From: Callorhinchus milii
Lineage: Eukaryota
DNA: 64,000 bases
Assembly (NCBI RefSeq): GCF_018977255.1
Contig: NW_024704745.1
Location: 22,568,001 to 22,632,000 of the forward strand
Direction: 5' to 3'
The notes under the pieces are model-generated. The model searched no databases. It saw only the letters and a list, made by a program, of their open reading frames with translations, and was not told where the DNA came from. Shown one piece after another: positions 36,828 to 50,023 of the stretch. Each line of letters opens with the position of its first letter. Positions within the stretch are counted from its first letter, which is position 1. A program made the translations under genes and the position numbers.

Positions 36828-37252
36828 ACTCAATCCATGACTGTTTGTGGGACACTATTGTGTGCAATTCGCTGCCATGTTTCACCCACAAAACATACTG
36901 TCAATTAACTTTGCAGTATATTCTGTAAAGCGCTTTTGAGACGTCTAGAAGATGTGATAAGATGCTATATCAAATTCAAGGATTATTAATATTATTAAAA
37001 AACTGCTAAATATTAGCACTGGACAGCAGTGTCCCACAAACAGTCATGGATTGAAGTGATAATTTATTATTTGTTTGAAGGAATTATTTCCCCTGGTCCA
37101 CCAATCGACTAACAATGGGGCTCCTACTTACTGCTAAGTAAGCAGAGGTGTGTGGAGTAAGAAAACTTGCCCAACATTTTGCCCTGCCGGGAATCGAACC
37201 CAGGTCTCTCGCTTGTGAGTGTGTGTTCTAACCACTGAGCTAGAGGACTCCT
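36828..37252. mobile_element. SINE 3' half (+, 36828-36995) abutting a SINE 5' half (-, 37025-37252)
   Basis: Both pieces align to the long-form SINE and overlap over about 27 bp (tcaatccatgactgtttgtgggacact). Confidence 0.8.
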
Positions 37253-37525
37253 TCAGGAAAGTACACTTCCAAAGTCTTCAAACAGGAAATTTCAAATTTT
37301 CCAGGTAGACCTCCAAATCGCTGTGCTTCAGACAGCACAATATAATTTTAAAGAGTATATGATTGGAAAATCCATTAATCACAGGAAACTTTTAAGGCAC
37401 ATCAAGAAATATCATTTTGACCGAGCTTTCCCCCTCCCCTTCTATTATCACTCTCAGCTCAGATGCCACCCAGCACTGTGAAATGCTTCAAGTTGTCTTC
37501 CCAACATGAAAAGCACTATATAAGT

Positions 37526-37838
37526 GGAGACATGTAGCTCAGTGGTTAGAGCACTAGCCTTGCAAGGGAGAGACCCGGGTTCAATTCCCGGCAGGGTGAA
37601 ACCTTGGGCAAGTTTCCTTACTCCACGCGCCTGATAATAATCCCTCAAGAAAAAAAGCAATAACAATTTGGTCAATTCAATCCAGGACTGTTTTGTGGAA
37701 CACTGCTGTGTGCAATTGGCTGTTGCGTTTCACCTACAAATAAACAGTCAATTCACTTTACAGTATTTTCTGTAAAGCGCTTTGAGACGTCTAGAAGATG
37801 TGAAAATCGCTATATCAAATGCAAGGATTATTATTATT
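37526..37838 (+). mobile_element. tRNA-derived SINE, short form with older tail
   Basis: Has a tRNA head (gtagctcagtggttagagcac...ggttcaattccc), lacks the ~60-bp central segment, and keeps the Deu-like domain and (ATT)n tail. Confidence 0.88.
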
Positions 37839-38582
37839 ATAAACGTAAATTGTATTGTAACTTTGTAAGGTATATGGCAAGAAAGGGAAAAGAAAAGCAT
37901 GACAGAGCAGGAAGTATCCAAATGACTCAAGCAAAAATCAACAGTTATAAAACTCATGGTTGTCATCCAACAAACACTTATAGTGTAATAAGTGTCATAA
38001 TCCTTGTAGAAGAGGGATTTCTCCTAGTGTCCTGACCAATGGTCCACCAGATGAAAAGAAATTAGACATTCATTGCATGATTGTTTGTGGGCATTGCTGT
38101 GTAAACATTGGCTGCTGCGTCAGCCTACAAAATACAGTCACTGCATTTTACAGTAAATCCTGTGAAGTGCTTTGAGAAGCCTTCCCGCTGTGAAAGGCAC
38201 TACATCACATACAAGGATTATTATTATGAACCATTAGATCAAGTACTGGTCATAGCAATGCAAAACACAAATCTAAATACTTTTTGCACTGCAAAGCTAA
38301 ACAATTGCATATCATAAGCTGTATGAAAATCCAACTAATTCACAAAACATTACACAAGATCATTGCATATCCCTGTAATTCTCCAATGGCATTTCCAATT
38401 TTCAGACACATTCTGGAGCAATAACTGTAATTACTGGATTAGATTTCCTATGCATGAAAGTCACCAAGCATCATGTTCGTCTGTTAACATAGGAAAATTG
38501 TCAGCACTACACATGCCAAAGATGTCCTTTTCTGATGTACAATATTTGAATTAATTTCATTCTACTAGTATTATAGTTACAC

Positions 38583-38909
38583 TAATAATAATAATAATAA
38601 TAATCCTTGCATTTGATATAGCGCTTTTCACGTCAGGAGGACGTCCCAAAGCGCTTCACAGAACATACTGTAAAGTGAATTGACTGTATATTTGTGGGCG
38701 AACGCGGCAGCCAATTGCGCACAGCAATGTCCCACAAACAGTCGTAGATTGAAAATGATTCATTTATTATTGTTTTTGGTTTTGGAGGGATTATTATTAG
38801 GCGTGTGGAGTAAGGAAACTTGCCCAAGGTTTCGCCCTCTGCCTGGAATTGAACTCAGGTCTCTCACTTGCAAAGCGAGTGCTCTAACCACTGAGCTACA
38901 GGACTCCAC
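38583..38909 (-). mobile_element. Young tRNA-derived SINE, short form
   Basis: Full head-to-tail copy with CpGs retained; nearly identical to 58235-58560. Confidence 0.92.
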
Positions 38910-41900
38910 TAAATCAATTACATAAACAATATTTACATTTCTAACTTTGTATCCATCTCTTAAATGTTAATATATGAAGCAAATTCTCTCAAAATGCATC
39001 TCCTTAGAACTTTTATATTTAACGCTTCAGTGCATTTAACCTATATTAAGATTTTAACAGGTTAGGAATTCTGGATTGGATAATTCATTAATGGCTGCCA
39101 AAAATTAGACGATGTTTTGCCCACAAAATATAGTCAAATCACTTTACAGTATATTCAGTGAAGGGCTTGAGACATCTCAACAATGTAATAAGGCACTCTA
39201 TCAAATGTAAGTATTATTATGATGATTAGCTATAAGTGGAGCCACATACAAATACTAACATTTTTGCAATGCAATAGAGTGCTCATATACAGTTTCACAA
39301 AAGAAACTTTCAAAGCTCTCTTCTGAGAATGACTTAAGTGGATAATGATTAACTCTGACTAGAAAACAAAATGAAACAGATGTTGCCAGGGATACATGTC
39401 CTCCGACATTCAATTTGAACTTGCATCTAATCACAAGATAAAGATAATTTTATTATTCACAGTAAAAAAGCAAATTGGAAAATCATCATCATAATGCACT
39501 GGGGTTGTTGGATTGGGAGGGGTGGTGCACTCTCAATCTAATCTACACACATTCCCAATCTCAGCCCAGCGGAATTGTACTGTTTTTATTGTTGGTTTAC
39601 CTAACGGGGGAATTGGAGCATTCTGTGTTCAGACCAAATCTCCTCAAGTGTGGCTGGAGCTGGAGTTTCAGGTTGGGGTGCTACACTGGCATGGAGGGGT
39701 GGCATCTAACATAGATAAAACTTCACAAATGAACCATTTGATGCCAACATACCAAAAAAAAGTCCTTTTGTTTTCCCAGCATCAGTGCCCCTCACTTTGA
39801 CTGCACAAGTAACAAAAGGCTTTCAACAAACTTCCAGCCAATTTGAAACAGACTTTTCTGACTGATAAATGCTTGATAAACATGTAACACATATGTAACT
39901 CCAGCTAAGCAGTTCTAAAAATGGCCTGAAGCACAAGCCCATTTGAAGTTATTTTACAATGCTACAAACTGTTTAATCTTAACTCTTAATCTCAATTAAA
40001 GCCTTATCTGGAAACTGGAATCACAAGCAACTCAAGTGACCTCTTCCTCTATCTTTGAACAATGTTCTCATTGTTGTGTGAGCGCATAGCATTGTTTCAC
40101 AAATCATTCCCTGGAACAATCACATGCAGCCCCCTCCAGCACTGGGGAATTCCAACAAGGAGTCGTTTCATGTCTGGGACAGAGGAGGGCGAAAGCAGGA
40201 TTCAGGTATAATGAATTGTGTATACCATTTGCCACATTGTACAATGGGTTCACCTTTTGTCACCACTGGATGGAGTTCATCATAAAAGGATATCATCTGT
40301 GGCAAGCATACATACACTTGAAATTACCAATGATGTTGTTCAATGTACTTAATATCAGACGTAACCCAATGCAAGTTCCAGGCTGGAATCCACACCTGCA
40401 CTTAAGGAGATTAAGAGAGTGAGATTCCTTAATCACAAGCAAACATTGTGGCAGCCTGGAGTTCAATCCCAATTATGACTTTCTAGTTTAGCATTGCACT
40501 ATGCACTTAGAGGCACAAGGTAAACACAGCATATGTGTATCACACCAGGATAATAGCACAATATTTAAAATATTATCTTACTGGTGACAGCAGAGACTCA
40601 GACCTAACTGAACGCCCGGGTTTACAAAATTGTAGTAGAATGATGTTGGCTCAAACTGAGCCTCACTACTACAGGTCTCACCTCTGACATATAAAGATCT
40701 TCCAGTAAACATCTTAAGTTACATTGTGTAGGAATATATCCCCTTGCCGCTCCCTCCCCGCCTTCAACTGAAAGACTGCTCTCTTCAACTGTGCTTTTGG
40801 CCACCTTCTCTCCCACCTCAAATCCACCACCGCACATTTAGTCTCGAAGTCAGTTGAGTGAAGCACTTTGAGACATTTCCCCCCCCAACACAAAAGCTGC
40901 TATGCAAATGTATTGTTGTAACACTTAGTTTTGTTTAAAATCTCAATTCCCCATATTCAGCAAATCGTCATTAAATCGGTTTCAGAGCTTTACTTGTACA
41001 GTTACTTTCACAGTCCACGCCCTAACCACAACATCTTAATTCAAATTTCATTTAGCTAAAGAGGACATTATTGGGATTAGCCTTGGGTGGCCAGTATTTC
41101 TCCTCGTTAATATTCAAAGTAAATTCCTTGGAAGTCAAGTTCCATTATTTTACCACTTTCCATATCGTTGTGTATTCATTTTAATGCTTTTTACTAGTGT
41201 AATATGTTGTAACGTATTAAAGGGGATAAATATCATGAAAGACACATTTTATGTCAAATTTGCCCCTTGGGACATCACAGTTAGGGGTTTTGTGATGTGA
41301 CACAGGAGGAGATCCTCCCAGGATGCCTTTGACTAGCAAAATGAGGTGACTGGGAGGCACCAATAAGTGTCCAAGTACATCTGCCTTTACAACATTATTA
41401 TACAGCAAATTCAGCAGAAAAGTACAAAGTCTATTAGCAAACTTTTAAACAATTTAACAATACACTTTATATCTCACAGACCAAAGACACTTCTTGCAAT
41501 TTGCTGCTTCAGTTATTCAGTGAAAGCAGTAATGAATTCTTCGGTTAGCTGACCTTGGAACCAAGAACAAGTCTCAATTTAGTTGAATCACCTTCAGCAC
41601 TTGTCAAATACTAGCTAAGTTATCTTTGGCCTGATCAGACCTTTATTAAGTTTTCTATCAGATCTGAAACACTTCAGTTCCTAGCAATAAATTCATGAAC
41701 AAATGGAAATTAAATTAACACAATATGAAATGATGCAGGTGAAAACGAACGCAGTTTGCCATTAAGGAGCCATTACGTAAGTTTCAAAGTTCAAAATTCA
41801 TATTTAAATCCAAACCACTCCACTTCAACTTGTTAAAGTTTCATTCCCCACTGCATGTCTCAGCTTGATGAATAGCTGATGAGCAAACTTTAAGGCCTGG

Positions 41901-44089
41901 TGCAACAGCTGCTGGAGTGAAGGTGTATGAACACATATTCATGACAACTGACTGATAAGCAGAGAGATAAGCAGCTGTTGCTCAAGGTCTTCTCCTCCAA
42001 CTGGTGGAACCATTGCTCAATGGGATGCATGTCAAACTGATGCCAGGAAGATAGTGGCAATGCTTACGCATTTAATGCTGAGCTGTGCACCATGAAGCTC
42101 GCAGGGAGTTCCTGGTAAGTGCTATCCACCCAGTCAGGGCTCAAATTCATGTTAGTCGGATATCAAATGACCAATTAGTAACTCTCATCCCGTGGAGAAA
42201 GCGGGAGGAAGTAAGCAAGAGGCTCCTTGGAGCTGAAATCACAAGTCCAATCTCCATCAATATTTCCAATAGCCAAACATTAGAACTTTGGAATTGTCAA
42301 CACCAAACATTTTGCTACAAATAAGGTGTTTTACAGGTTTTATAAATCACATTAATCAGCCTTGCCCACATCTTTGTAGTACGAATATGTAGTATATTAT
42401 GAATTTCTACAATATTTTGTCAATACAGTTATCATCCATTTGGAATAGTTATTGTCATAATATTTACAAGCCCAGTTAAGGGAGATCATACCACAACTAA
42501 TAGCAGCAGCTGGATGACATCTCCAAGGTACTGCAGGAAAACATCAGGTAATAAAAACAATAATCCTTTAAAATAGAACTTCTCAAGCTGAGAGGGCATC
42601 TCACAGTACCTCAAATGTTTTAATGTATATTATAGATGAATCTAGCAGCCAATCAGTGAATGGCAACATCTCACATAACCATGAAGTGAATGGTCACTTT
42701 TAGCTGAGGAATGGTTGGCCAGGACCCCGAGAGAAACTCTCTTCTCTTTCAGATAATGCCACGTGGTCTTTAACATCCAGGCAGATAGGCCTTCAGTTTA
42801 ACATTCATCCAAAGGATGTACTTCCAACAAGACAGCGCAGCACCAAACTAGGCTGTGAGTCCCAAATCCCGACATATGGCTTGAACACACAACCTTCTAA
42901 ATCAGAACAGGAAAGCCCAAATAAAATACTTTAGCACTGCCTTACATTCATGTTAACTGTCTACTGTAGACAGTAATATGCAATAGGCAATGGTACAAAT
43001 TCATCTCAAATGTTGCCTGCACAAAAAATTTTTATAATAATATTTTTTATTTAGATTGCATCAAATAAAAAAGGTGCTCTTAAATCTCTCTATTGTAAAC
43101 ATCATGTGGAAAAAGCAGGCTGCTCAACCTAGTTGCCATAGCAATTAGCTGGCATTTTCTTTCCACTTGCTCCATCTTAATTTATGGCAGATGATATATT
43201 TGAAGTTTGACAATGACTATTCTATCAAACGAATGAAAAGAAACAATATCCACAGCTAGAAATGCAAGACGTGGGGGAAGCTTTGTTAAAACGCTTCACA
43301 AACAATATGCCGTAAAATGCATCTACTGTATATAATCTACAGGAAACTCAGGCACAGTTACTGGAGTTGCAGATTACTGCTAGGTCAGGAATATCACAAC
43401 AAATAAATATTTAAACAAGTAATTAAAACAAATCCTAATCCAATACTCCACCATCAAACAGCAGCACTGAACAGAGAAAAAAAACAATACATTTCTACAT
43501 GAAAGTCAATGATGCAAGACTAAAAATATTTAGAAAAACATTTCCTGCCACAGTGTCACATGAACGGCATCGACAATAATTATACTGGATTGAATTAAGA
43601 GTTGGATTCAATTGGAAATATTTAATATTACAAATCCAGAGCATTTTGTTTTTGAATTGAAAAACAGGAACCTCACTTTGACAGGGAACCCTAAAATGCA
43701 GAACAAAATATATTGATTTTTGCTTTTAGAACAATCTAAAAGCTTGATTAGGAATAAAAAAGTAGCAAAATGAAAATATTTACTTCATATAGGATTTTAA
43801 GGAAGGTTTGCTTATTTAAATAATTATCCTAATTCATGTTTTGTTTGAAACGCATTTGTGCCATCTTGACAAATTTATTCAGCATTTTTTCAATAATCAA
43901 GCATCTTGAAAATGGATAAGAAATATTGCAGATACTCGTTTTAAAAAAACACATTGGTATTAAAATGAAGCTAAAATCCCCAGACTGCCTACTCCCAGAT
44001 AAAATTGTTCATTCACTTCTTGGCTGTTTGTGGGATGTTGCTGTACTCCACCTAACGTACTCCACCTTATTATTTATTATTATTTTTAA

Positions 44090-44683
44090 AGCTGAAATTC
44101 GCCATGAAATTCCCCTGCCTCCGCAAATTGCCAGCCTCGTTACCATCTCTCTTCCCTCAGGCAGTCAAGATCTTTATCCAGGCTTTTATCATGTCTCGGC
44201 TTGACTATGCAAACTCTGTGCTCACTGGACTTGCCAATTCTTCCCTCCACAAGCTGCAGACCATTCAAAAATTTGCAGTTTGTGTCCTCTGCTGCACCAG
44301 GCTCTATGAGCCTATTACCGACATTCTCAGCCTGGTTCTACTGGCTCCCTATCCCCATTTTTGTCCCACCCTAAGTTTGTAACCTTCAAAAATCCTACAA
44401 ACCCATCCACTCACTCCACTCAGCAAGCACTGGATTGCTTCATGTCCCCTGCCTATCTGCCTCAACTCTCTGGAATTCCACCCCAGATTCTCTTCACCTC
44501 ACCCTCCTTCAAGGTCTGTCTCAAGTCCCTCTTTGACTGTACTGGGTCATCTTCTCAACCCACCCCCCTTGGTCCCCAATTCTGCCAATTCCAACCCCTA
44601 GTTTGGGTGCAAATCCTTAACTACCCAGTGCCTTCATACATCCTCCTGACATGGGAGGCGCTGTATAAATTCAACTTGTTGTA
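44090..44683 (+). mobile_element. Decayed L2 3' fragment
   Basis: Encodes IQAFIMSRLDYANSVLTGL...LHKLQTIQ; the tail is ctcctgacatgggaggcgctgtataaat...ttgttg. Confidence 0.85.
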
Positions 44684-45546
44684 CTAATAAACCCAAAGAG
44701 AGAATGCTGTGCAGTCAAGTATTACATAAAGTTGCTTGCAACATCCTTATATTGTGTAAGAATGGTCTTAATCAACTGCACAATTTTCAGGCAACAGTTA
44801 GGAAAATTCTCACCAGGTCTTTCTTCGAATGACTCTTAAGCGAAAACTACAGAAGTTGGATCATTTATTGCACTGAAGATCATTACACCACAACTTTCTT
44901 AACATGCAAATCTGATAAAACAATCACAACGGGGTGGGGTTTAAGGCACTGCCTGTAAAGCATACAACTTTCCCTTCCCCCACCTTTCACCAATCTCTTT
45001 AGCCTGTCCCACTGTACAAAAGCTATGCATTTTCTGCATCCAAGAGTGAAGCTGCTTCTCTGCACTCAGGGCACCATCATAGCCCATCTTTACCAGGAGA
45101 GACAACAAAAAGTGGCTTTCCACCCAGTTTTGCCCTCTCCACTGGAGTAATTGCCTAGTTTATGGCCAACACTGCCCACAGCACTATGCTGGACTGATAG
45201 CTGCAGAAGGGAGAAAATTAGATAGAAAGGAAAAGTTTGATCTTGCCATTCCAATGAATTGCACAATGCAATACCATCAATACAACTGAACTTTTAAGTG
45301 TTGCTTTTCCCTTCACCTTGCACAACTCACCAGGAGAAGCAAGTCTTCATTGACCTTTGACAGTGATGCTCTACAGAAAGGCACCTGAGATAATCAAGGA
45401 GGTGGCTGGATTAGGGAAAAGAAAAACAAAACAAGACCTGACTTCTGGGTAAAGGGACTTCCTTAGCACTCCTTGTGATGGAGTGAACCAATTATAAAGC
45501 AACAATAATGGAAAATAAACAGCTATGTAACCATACAATACAAATT

Positions 45547-45915
45547 TGTGGAGTTCTGTAGCTCAATGGTTAGGGCACTCGCCCCACAGGCGAGAGATTC
45601 CCGGCAAGGCGAAATGTTGGGCGAGTTTCATTAATCCACATGCCTCTGTTTACTTAGCAGTAAGTAGGAACCCGGTTGTCAGTCGATTAGTGGATGGCTT
45701 TTCTGGGGGTAATAATTCTTTCAAGCAAATAAATATATAAATTGGTCACTTCAATCCATGACTGTTTGTGGGATATTGTGCACAATTGGCTGCCACATTT
45801 CACCCACAGAATATGCAGTCAGTTCACTTTACAGTATATTCTGTGAAGTGCTTTGAGACCTCTCAAAGACATGATAAGGTGTTATATCAAATGTAAGGAT
45901 TATTATAATAATAAT
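45547..45915 (+). mobile_element. tRNA-derived SINE, long form
   Basis: Colinear with the copy at 10081-10423 and ends in (ATT/ATA)n. Confidence 0.85.
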
Positions 45916-46694
45916 CCTAATCTTCATACAACACCTTTCACATTAGGAGGACATCCCAAAGTGCTTAACAGTACTGGCTGAGGACCCAAGGTGGAGGTTG
46001 GAGCTGAGGGGATGGGGAGGGGAAAGATGACAGAAAATATGGTCTTGAGACAGATCTTGGCCAATACTTATTTTTAAATAAAGTAATGTGTTGCGTCATT
46101 AATGGCAAACAACAACAACTTGGATTTATATAGCGCCCTCCAAACATCCATAATTCCAAAATCTAAAGACATCTCTACTACACGTGAAATATCTGCATTT
46201 AGACATCAGTTCATGCCCACAGGGCAAGTTTTGTTTCAACCTTCAGAAAGACATGGAAACTTGTTCTCCATGTTATTTCACCTCAAACATTTAGGTAAAT
46301 ACAGGATTATTAAAGGCATCAATAAATTCTTTATAACAGCTTCCTAAAATAACAGAAATTGTTTTCTAAATCCAGCAGTAACTGCTTAAAAACATAGGCG
46401 GGGGGAAAGCACATGCAATGACAATAGGCTGTCAAGAAACATCTGGTAATAGAGGAAATGTTTGCATACAAACCAGACAAAGCTTCAGACCTTGTAAGGA
46501 AAAAGACACAAAGGTAACCTTGACCATTCAGACCAATTGTGTTTGCTACACAGAACTTGCAGTTGATGACCAAATTTTTCTGCAATACGAAACATCATTA
46601 TTTCCCGCCCATTCAAATTTGGATGAATTAACTGCTTGGATTTAAAGATCCAGAGTGCTTTCATATATGGCTTCCTACAGTATTACACAAAAAC

Positions 46695-47020
46695 AAACAC
46701 TTGCATTTACATTCATGTAGAATAACGCCTTGGAGCACCTCACAGGGACGTTGTCGGATGTTGAGCAAAGGCAGATGGGAGGTGACAGCAGGCACAGTTG
46801 AAGCAATAGATTTGTAAGTGGAATTTAAAGACAGATAGAGAGGGGGTGAGATGCAGGGATAGAGGGAGGGAGTTAGAGGTTAGGGGTATAGTGACTGAAT
46901 GCTCAGCCATTGATGGTGTGCAGGGGGCATGCAGCAAGCATGAATTTGCTGAGGTGGGGCTAGGGTAAGAACATAGAGATAGAGAGGTTCTAAGGCATGA
47001 AGGGATTTATAGGTGAGGAC
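46695..47020 (-). mobile_element. Decayed L2 3' fragment; similar pieces near 5990-6400, 40730-40920, 54190-54350 and 63130-63405
   Basis: An acttgcattta... tail followed by the purine-rich reverse complement of the L2 ORF2 end. Confidence 0.6.
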
Positions 47021-48886
47021 CTTACACAATTTTTTTTAAAAAATATCGATTCGTGAGAGTAAAAAGACAGAACATTAGTAGACCTGGAATCAAGGATAGA
47101 AGTGGAAAAGTAGATTTGTGTGCCATCTGTGTATAGGTGGAAGCGTGATTTAAACCGACTTTGTTCTAGCTTAAAACTATAAACAATTAATTTAATATAA
47201 AAGGCTATCCATCTTGTCCAACTAGACAAAATGAGAACTCCTGCATAGGCAGTGTATTATTCAAATACAAAATGGTTTTGTTCCCAAACAAGGAGTAGTA
47301 GTGCATTCTGGCTGCAGAAGTGTTGCTGGTATGTGCCAAAGTTTACAATCAACACTGTGCTCATTCATATAGTTGCATTTATCCAGAAATAAAAGGTCTT
47401 CTAGTTTTGATATTCATAGTATTTAAACCATGCAATTCTAAGAGCTAGAATATTAGAGTCTGTTACAAACTGTACCTACATTATTGGTCCATAAAGCCAA
47501 AAGTTCTCACATTTGTCCCTTCCCACCCCCAGATCCTTCATGATCACAGTACTCATCTAGCAGACCAGAACTGTCTCTGACACACACTAATCCACAAGCA
47601 TCAATGCCACTCACATCAGCTGCCAGGAAACACAATTCAAAAAAATGCAGGAAAGATCAAGCTTTATCTAATGGTCAACTAAGGGTCAAGAGCTGAAAAT
47701 AAACACTTACAGAAAAATTAAGATTCAATTGATAGGTGGCCTTGGGAACATCAACATATAGATTTCTGATTTGAAGCCAAGCACTGTAATGTAAGGGAAG
47801 AGATAAAATCATCGCTTGGGGCTGGATGTGTGAAAGAACTATTGAGTGCAAAGAGGCATCTCTACCAATTTCTGAAATGTGGGGATGGAGTTGACCAAAG
47901 GTAGTTGGTGCTGTATTCTTACTTTCAGTGATATCTCTTGATGTAGATTTGATGGATGGGTGTTATATATTCCTTATTTGGAAAATGCTAATGAGGAGAA
48001 AAGGAGTCATCAACAGATGATTTTTATCATTCTGTGAAAAATGGCGCCTGAGAGTTGCTTCCCAAGCAATCAAGAGATGGGCACCTCTGGACTCCGTGTT
48101 GGAGACTGGTACTGTAGTCTTGGGGTTTTGAGCAGGTGATGGATCATTGGTTTTACTTTATTTGTTTGAATATGATTGGACAAACCAGTTCTGATCTATG
48201 GTTGCACAAATCAACTTCAAACTCCATCTCTATATATAATATTCAGATGTGTAGATTTTCCAGTTATAAAAAAGTTTAGCCATAAATTATTGGAGAGTCT
48301 TCAGGAGCTAGCAGAGACTGCCGAACTCTCCCAGAGAAAGGTAACTGATCAATACCCTCTTCTCAAACTTGGTCCTACTTTATCTAATAGATATTAGATA
48401 TTGACCTACATTCTTCTATTATTTGACAATCTGATTAATAAAAAATGTAATTGATCATGACCCTTTTATGTCAGTATTCGAATTGTGCATCTCAATATAA
48501 AGTATACAGTAATCCACCACTCCCCTTTATCAGACCACTCCAAGAATACTGAAACATCTCAAATTTGCATCACTTAAACTACAATACTCTGATACATTGT
48601 CCTGTTTGAAGTCTTCACTCAATTTGTTGAGTATTTCAAACAATCTCATTGTAAAATTCAAAATGATATAAGATCTACCACATTTAAATGATATTCCATA
48701 TGATTTTTGTCAAGTAATATGGCTGGGAGATGCAAACATTTGACTATCCAGAGGGGTGATGGAGCAATGTCAAAATCCAGCATCATAATTTGGATGTTCT
48801 CACCAAGCTGTCGTTACATTGCTCTGTGTACAGTGTACTAAAAAAATTGTATTAAATACCAAAATACAGTTTCCTCCTCTTAAGGA

Positions 48887-50023
48887 CAACAACAAAATTA
48901 CATTTGTATAGCGCCTTTCACATCGGGAGGACATCCCAAGGCCCTGGACAATCAGTATTTCAACCCCAAGCTGGGGGCCGGGATAGGGGAGTGTGAAGGG
49001 TGTGGGGAGGGGGGGGAAAGAGAAGGAGGGAGACCGAAGGCATGGTCAAAGAGGAGGGTCGTGACATGGATCTTGAAGGAGGCATAGGATGGTGGAAGAG
49101 TGGCTGAAGGCCCACCCGCCAATGGTGGCGCAGACGAAGCGAGGGACATAAGCAGGTAAGAGCCCGCTGAGCAGAAGGAGTGGGCCCATTGGTAAGGGAT
49201 TAGGAGAGGTTGCAGAGGCTAATGGCATGTTGAGGTTTATTGCAAAAGGGTTAGAATACAAGAGTAGGGAAATCTTGCTGGAACTGTATAAGGCCTTGGT
49301 GAGACCACACCTAGAATATTGTGTGCAGTTTTGGTTTCCTTATCTAAGAAAGGATATACTCGCCTTAGAGGGGGTGCAGAGTAGATTCACTAGGTTAGTT
49401 CCTGATATGAGGCGGTTGACCTATGAGGATAGGTTGAGCAAACTGGGCTTATATTCTCTAGAATATAGAAGAATTAGAGGCGATCTTATAGAAACATATA
49501 AGATTCTTATGGGGCTTGACAGAGAAGACAGTGTGAGACTGTTTCCCCTGGTAGGAGAATCTATAACTATGGGTCACAGTCTTGAGATGATGGGTAAGCC
49601 TTTTCGAACAGAGTGGAGGAAACGCTTCTTGACTCAGAGGGTAGTGAACTTATGGAATTCTCTATCCCAGAAGGCTGTAGATACTCAGTCCTTGAACATA
49701 TTCAAGACTGAGATTGATAGATTTCTAAAGGGAGTCATTAAGGGATATGAGGATAAGGCATGCAGATGGAGTTAGGTTAGAAGATCAGCCATGATCTTAT
49801 TGAATGGCAAGGCAGGCTGAAGGGGCTGAATGGCCTACTCAGCCACGGATGGTTTTGAAAGTGAGGGCCAGGATATTGAACTGTATCATGTGCGATGGGA
49901 AGCCAATGGAGTCAGGCGAGGATGGGGTGATAAGGTCGCAGAGCCTGATGCAGGAGAGGGCACGGGCTGCAGAGTTCTGGATGATCTGCAACCTATGGAG
50001 GGAGGAATTGGGGAGGCCGACAA
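48887..50023 (-). mobile_element. L2 3' fragment split by a CR1 insertion
   Basis: The L2 tail is at 48887. Homology resumes at about 49843 (LHRLQIIQNSAARALSCIRL). Confidence 0.85.
49213..49842 (+). mobile_element. CR1 LINE 3' fragment with an open 182-aa ORF2 C-terminus
   Basis: Encodes LYKALVRPHLEYCVQFW...LYSLEYRRIRGDLIETYKIL...TQRVVNLWNSL; the 3' UTR is gatcagccatgatcttattgaatggc...ggggctgaatggcctact. Confidence 0.95.

Noticed and set aside
38835-38909. tRNA-Ala(TGC)-like sequences (also near 10081, 37180, 37526, 45547 and 58490)
   Set aside because: They are SINE heads: each continues into SINE body sequence and lacks a proper acceptor stem and Pol III terminator.
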